In this document: one piece after another, positions 60,086 through 64,000 of the stretch
Layout: every line of letters begins with the position of its first letter
How positions within the stretch are numbered: the stretch's first letter is position 1
Origin: an uncultured delta proteobacterium
Lineage (GTDB): Bacteria; Desulfobacterota; Binatia; UBA9968
Assembly (NCBI GenBank): GCA_963771465.1
Contig: CAVYTU010000015.1
Coordinates: 1,201,357 to 1,265,356, forward strand
Direction of reading: 5' to 3'
Length of the DNA stretch: 64,000 nt
Made by a program: the position numbers and the translations under genes
Notes under the pieces: generated by a model
What the model saw: only the letters and a program-made list of their open reading frames with translations
The model's database searches: none
Told to the model about the DNA's origin: nothing

Positions 60086-61109
60086 GATGCTTTGGCTTGT
60101 CTTGATCGTGCCGGCGCTCGTTGCGGCATATTTTTATCTCTTGCGGCGCAAGCAAGCGACGGCGCTTCGCTATGCGAACTTGAGCATGGTGAAAGAAGCG
60201 ATGGGCACCGGCCAGAGATTTCGCCGGCATGTTCCGCCGCTATTTTTTTTGATTGCGCTGATTGCGCTGATCGTCGCGATTGCTCGCCCCGCGGCCATTA
60301 TCACTTTGCCATCACAGTACCAAACCATCATCCTCGCCATGGATGTTTCCGGCAGTATGCGCGCCAATGACGTGAAGCCCAATCGCATTTCCGCGGCGCA
60401 GGCCGCTGCCAAAGCCTTTGTCGCCGAGCAGCCCGAGAATGTACGCATCGGCGTGGTCTCCTTCGCCGCCACGGCGTCGGTCGTGCAAACGCCGACGCAA
60501 AATCGCGATAACATCGTGGCGGCGATCGATCGATTTCAACTGCAACGTGGCACCGCCATCGGCAGCGGCATCATCGTTTCGCTGGCGACGATCTTTCCGG
60601 ACGAAGGCATCGACGTCAGTTCATTGATTTACGGGCGAAACGCGCCGCGCGGCGTGCCGCTCGATCAAGCCGGCAAAACCGAGAAGCCGGCGTTCAAGCC
60701 AGTTCCGCCCGGCTCCTATAACTCCGCCGCGATCATCTTACTCACGGACGGCCAGAGAACCACGGGTCCCGACTCCATCGAGGCTGCTCAAATGGCCGCC
60801 GACCGCGGCGTGCGTGTATTCACTGTTGGATTCGGCACGCAGAGCGGTGAAACCATTGGTTTTGAGGGCTGGTCCATGCGTGTCCGCCTTGACGAGGAGA
60901 CCCTCAAGACGATCGCTAACAAGACCCGCGCTGAATATTTTTACGCTGGTACTGCAACAGATCTGAAAAAGGTTTATCAGTCACTGAATTCCAAGTTTCT
61001 ATTGGAAAAGAAGCCGATGGAAATCAGCGCCCTGTTTGCGGCCGCGGCAGCGATTGCAGTGCTGGTTTCGGCGTTGCTTTCGCTCCTGTGGTTTCACCGC
61101 ATCCTATAG
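60066..61109 (+). CDS. VWA domain protein (BatA-like)
   Basis: MTFLWP N-terminus; DVSGSM MIDAS; LLTDG; C-terminal TM. Confidence 0.92.
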   Translation: MTFLWPEMLWLVLIVPALVAAYFYLLRRKQATALRYANLSMVKEAMGTGQRFRRHVPPLFFLIALIALIVAIARPAAIITLPSQYQTIILAMDVSGSMRANDVKPNRISAAQAAAKAFVAEQPENVRIGVVSFAATASVVQTPTQNRDNIVAAIDRFQLQRGTAIGSGIIVSLATIFPDEGIDVSSLIYGRNAPRGVPLDQAGKTEKPAFKPVPPGSYNSAAIILLTDGQRTTGPDSIEAAQMAADRGVRVFTVGFGTQSGETIGFEGWSMRVRLDEETLKTIANKTRAEYFYAGTATDLKKVYQSLNSKFLLEKKPMEISALFAAAAAIAVLVSALLSLLWFHRIL

Positions 61110-61193
61110 GCGAGCACGAGCTGAGGTCACGAGGGAGCATACGAATCACTCTGCGCAGCGGCAAAATTACTAGCCATGCGCTAAACTCAGCCC

Positions 61194-61736
61194 ATGGCAG
61201 GACTAGCCGGCAAATCAGGTCCACCAGGCAACCAGAACGCGTTCAGACATGGTCTGGCGGGCATTGCGCAGCGGCGCGTGAACGGTGCTCTCACTCCAGA
61301 TGAGCAGAAAATTCGTGAAGAACTGCTGGATGGACTAGTCAAAGACAAGGGCGGCGAAGCGCAGATCAGCACTGCTATGAGAGTGCTGGCTGAAGTGATT
61401 GCGAGTGATGCCGCGTGGCTGGTAGCGGTAAACCGCGCCATCGACGGCGTGATGGAATCAAATCAGAAGGCGCGCACCAATCCCAAGGCGCTGCATACGC
61501 TGGACGGATACAAGCGTGGAGTGGTGAACAGCTTGGCCGGGAATCTTCAGCGGTTTGGGTTTGAGAGAATTAGCAAAACAGAATCGCTTCAGGAAATCAT
61601 CGAGGAGATGAACGAGGCCGCGACAGACAATGCCACGGCACCGAGCACTGTCAGCTACGGTGAAGCTATCCGTAGTGGAATTTCAACCGAATTCATAGCG
61701 GCGAAACACCAACGTATGACTGCGATTCTCCTATGA
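61194..61736 (+). CDS. Terminase-small-subunit-like hypothetical protein (intact copy)
   Basis: GPPGNQNAFRHG (G-N-x-N-A-x-x-H-G) followed by a helical region; multicopy in window; TerS assignment is an inference. Confidence 0.55.
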   Translation: MAGLAGKSGPPGNQNAFRHGLAGIAQRRVNGALTPDEQKIREELLDGLVKDKGGEAQISTAMRVLAEVIASDAAWLVAVNRAIDGVMESNQKARTNPKALHTLDGYKRGVVNSLAGNLQRFGFERISKTESLQEIIEEMNEAATDNATAPSTVSYGEAIRSGISTEFIAAKHQRMTAILL

Positions 61737-62016
61737 AGTCGCTCGGGATCAGTTTCCCCGTCTTCTTCGCGAGATAAATCAAAATGGCGGCGGATTCAGA
61801 CAGTACCACACCATCATCATCGATAACTGGGATTTGCTCGAAAGGACTGATCCTGCGGTACGCGTCAGTGTTCAGGTCATGCGCCGGATGATCCATTCCC
61901 ACTAACTCGAACGGGATCTGTATTTCCTCAAGCGCCCAAAGTATCCGGAGATCGCGGGTGTTGCCCCGGGCTACCGCGTTGACCTTCTTAAAACCATAGA
62001 GCTTCAGCATAGTCAT
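61693..62016 (-). pseudogene. Glutathione S-transferase N-terminal fragment
   Basis: WALEE, SPFEQIPVIDD and SESAAILIYL; C-terminal domain absent. Confidence 0.8.
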
Positions 62017-62146
62017 ACCTCAATTGAGTTGAACTGTATTCTTCCGGCCTGCCGCCGCCCTGTCGGAATCCTCGCCGGCCGCCCAACGGTGGTCCCGACC
62101 TTTGCTCAAAACGTTAAGGTGTGGCGGGTAATGTTCCCATCCCAGT

Positions 62147-62353
62147 TCACCGGCGTTGCCGAATCGTTTTCCTTTCGGCGGAATTGTTGACTGGTCTCTT
62201 TAAAAGCACAGTGTCGCTTTGGGCGGCGTATGCCACGGCTTCCCATCCTTCGCGCCCGAGATCATTCAAAATCTGCTCATGCTTTTGTCGCTGGTGCTGC
62301 TCGGTGGCATCAACGATCAATCCGAGCGCAACTAACCTGTACTCCCATTGCAT
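62147..62353 (-). CDS. DUF4177-like small protein
   Basis: MQWEY...LNDLGREGWE.V...LKRP. Confidence 0.75.
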   Translation of the reverse strand: MQWEYRLVALGLIVDATEQHQRQKHEQILNDLGREGWEAVAYAAQSDTVLLKRPVNNSAERKTIRQRR

Positions 62354-62717
62354 ATAAGCGCCTACCATTTCTTACGGGTGTAGCTGTATGTCCAATCTTG
62401 TAATCTCATCTGTGATGGCTCTTCCCGTCCCACCACGACTGTAACGCGGGGGTGTTGCAAGCAATCATCCCGCGCCCCATGTCGATACGCTGCTCAATGC
62501 CAGCCGCGTGATCGTGAGAGAAGAAATCGCAGCAGCTATCGGCTACGGCACCATTTGCCAACCGATCCTTTTGTCCTCTAGCTCAGTTGGAAAATAACTA
62601 GGCTGTTCTTTCCTGAAATTCGGGTCGCAGCACATCCATCCGCAGGCCATGCATCGCCACCTTGCGGGCGTGTCTACAAGCTCCGGTTCGTAGATTAAAG
62701 AAGCACCGCATTTGGCA

Positions 62718-62809
62718 GATCGAATCCCTCAATTCACAGGCAAAAACCCGCTCTATCCATTATCCTGTCACCCAATGGCAGGCATACGCGGCAAATCCGA
62801 CCCACCAGG
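62718..62809 (+). repeat. Upstream region plus first codons of the TerS-like gene
   Basis: Matches 63517-63607 (GATCGAATCC...ATGGCAGGCATACGCGGC). Confidence 0.8.
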
Positions 62810-62975
62810 ATGGCTTCGGTCAGGCCGATCGTGACACTACACGAATCATCGGCGGCGAATGCATGCAGATCCTTTGGCAACCTATCTGCCTTTCTGCTGG
62901 CGCTATCTGTTAATTCAATGTCGCGAAAAGTCAAGAAAAACCTCCGAGCAATCCTTATTGAACTACTCGGGGGGA

Positions 62976-63386
62976 ATGATGGATTTCCAAGTCAAGGTAT
63001 TCAATTGGCAAGATCAGGCGAAACATGTTGTCCTGATCGCGCGCGGCGTGATGGAAAAGGCCCGTTTCAAAAAACTCTTTGAGGCCATCGAAATGGTCAC
63101 ACAAGGTTTCAACCAATGCAAGGTGCTCGTCGATTTGTCCGAGAGCACCTACGCGGTAAACAGCGTGGAAATCGACTCGCTTGTCGCCGAGCTGCCACTG
63201 GACCGGTGGCCACCATCGAACAGAATCGCGTTTGTCTCTGCTACCGGAATTGCTGATTATCACCGCTTGCAATTCTTGCGAACTGGCATCGTGAATCGCG
63301 GTCTATCGGCCGCGGTTTTTCATGACCCAAAGATCGCGGTCGATTGGCTCGCTGAACGGCAATATTCGCCTGGATTGAGCCGATAA
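62976..63386 (+). CDS. Hypothetical protein (SpoIIAA/STAS-like)
   Basis: KVLVDL, RIAFV and VF...A..WL pattern. Confidence 0.6.
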   Translation: MMDFQVKVFNWQDQAKHVVLIARGVMEKARFKKLFEAIEMVTQGFNQCKVLVDLSESTYAVNSVEIDSLVAELPLDRWPPSNRIAFVSATGIADYHRLQFLRTGIVNRGLSAAVFHDPKIAVDWLAERQYSPGLSR

Positions 63387-63572
63387 ACTCGTGCGCCGTA
63401 GTTCTTGTCCTCATCACCATGGATTGGGGGATAAAAGTTCGCACCATTACGAATCGAGCGCTGCAGGTTAAATTCGTGGACACAAAAATAGGATCTTTTG
63501 CGTTTGCCAGGCATCTGATCGAATCCCGCCAATTCACAGGCAAAACCGACTCTATCCGCTATGCTTTAGCCT

Positions 63573-64000
63573 ATGGCAGGCATACGCGGCAGATCCGGTC
63601 CACCAGGCAACCAGAACGCCTTCCGCCACGGTCTGGCTGGAATCTCACAGCGGCGCAATAACGGCGCGCTGAATTCCACCGAACATTCGATTCGAGAAGA
63701 AATCCTGGCTGGATTGCTCGCAGACAAGGGCGGCGAAGCAGCAGATCAGCACCGCCATGCGCGTGCTGGCCGAGATAATCGCCAGCGACGTGTCGCTGTT
63801 GGTCACGTTTAACCAGGCAATCAACGGCGTCATCCAGAACAATCAGAAAGCCAGGCAAAATCCCAAGGCGCTGGCTCAATTGGACGGTTACAAAAGGCCG
63901 CTGGTGGGTTCGTTGTCGGCCAATCTTCAGCGGTTCGGCATGGAAAGAGTCGCCAAACTAGAGTCGCTTCAAGAGATTATTGCGGAGATGACAGAAGACG
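63573..64000 (+). pseudogene. TerS-like gene copy, +1 frameshift at ~63740, runs off the window
   Basis: MAGIRGRSGPPGNQNAFRHG...; continues QISTAMRVLAEIIASD...LESLQEII in the next frame. Confidence 0.8.

Noticed and set aside
62081-62087. attC core GTTGGGC upstream of the GST fragment
   Set aside because: No palindromic partner or matching distal end was found; a 7-mer alone is insufficient.
62579-62640. tRNA suggested by TAGCTCAGTTGG
   Set aside because: No anticodon arm, T arm or acceptor stem follows.
1-64000. CRISPR array, cas genes, rRNA or reverse transcriptase
   Set aside because: No regularly spaced repeats or diagnostic motifs were seen.

Overview
Bacterial window of roughly 55-60% GC (estimated by eye). 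The gene repertoire (M24 homologues, NMT1-type SBP, DUF1302/DUF1329/YCF48/RND module) resembles uncultured Deltaproteobacteria/Binatia, which is an inference. Positions 1-17.5 kb are ordinary chromosome, with frameshifts in the first ~3.2 kb that may be sequencing errors. From ~18 kb to the end is a mosaic, partly decayed genomic island with three layers. (1) Relics of a repeatedly integrated tRNA-Phe-targeting element: a 52-nt tRNA-Phe 3' fragment at 35341, TGGCAAAG tandem motifs, two tyrosine-integrase fragments and six whole or partial copies of a 'GPPGNQNAFRHG' terminase-small-subunit-like gene. (2) Integron attC sites with no integrase in the window, bounding VOC, membrane-protein and tandem-TIR cassettes and a 2.1-kb propionyl-CoA synthetase cassette. 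(3) Intact cargo: GH15, ExeA-SH3, a CAP12-type TIR, HtrA-MoxR-DUF58-VWA and, most notably, a 15.4-kb minus-strand operon (38958-54325) encoding a phospholipase D and four large uncharacterised proteins (1175, 947, 1572, 588 aa). This operon is the best candidate for an undescribed system. All family names are recognised from motifs by eye; no database search was run.
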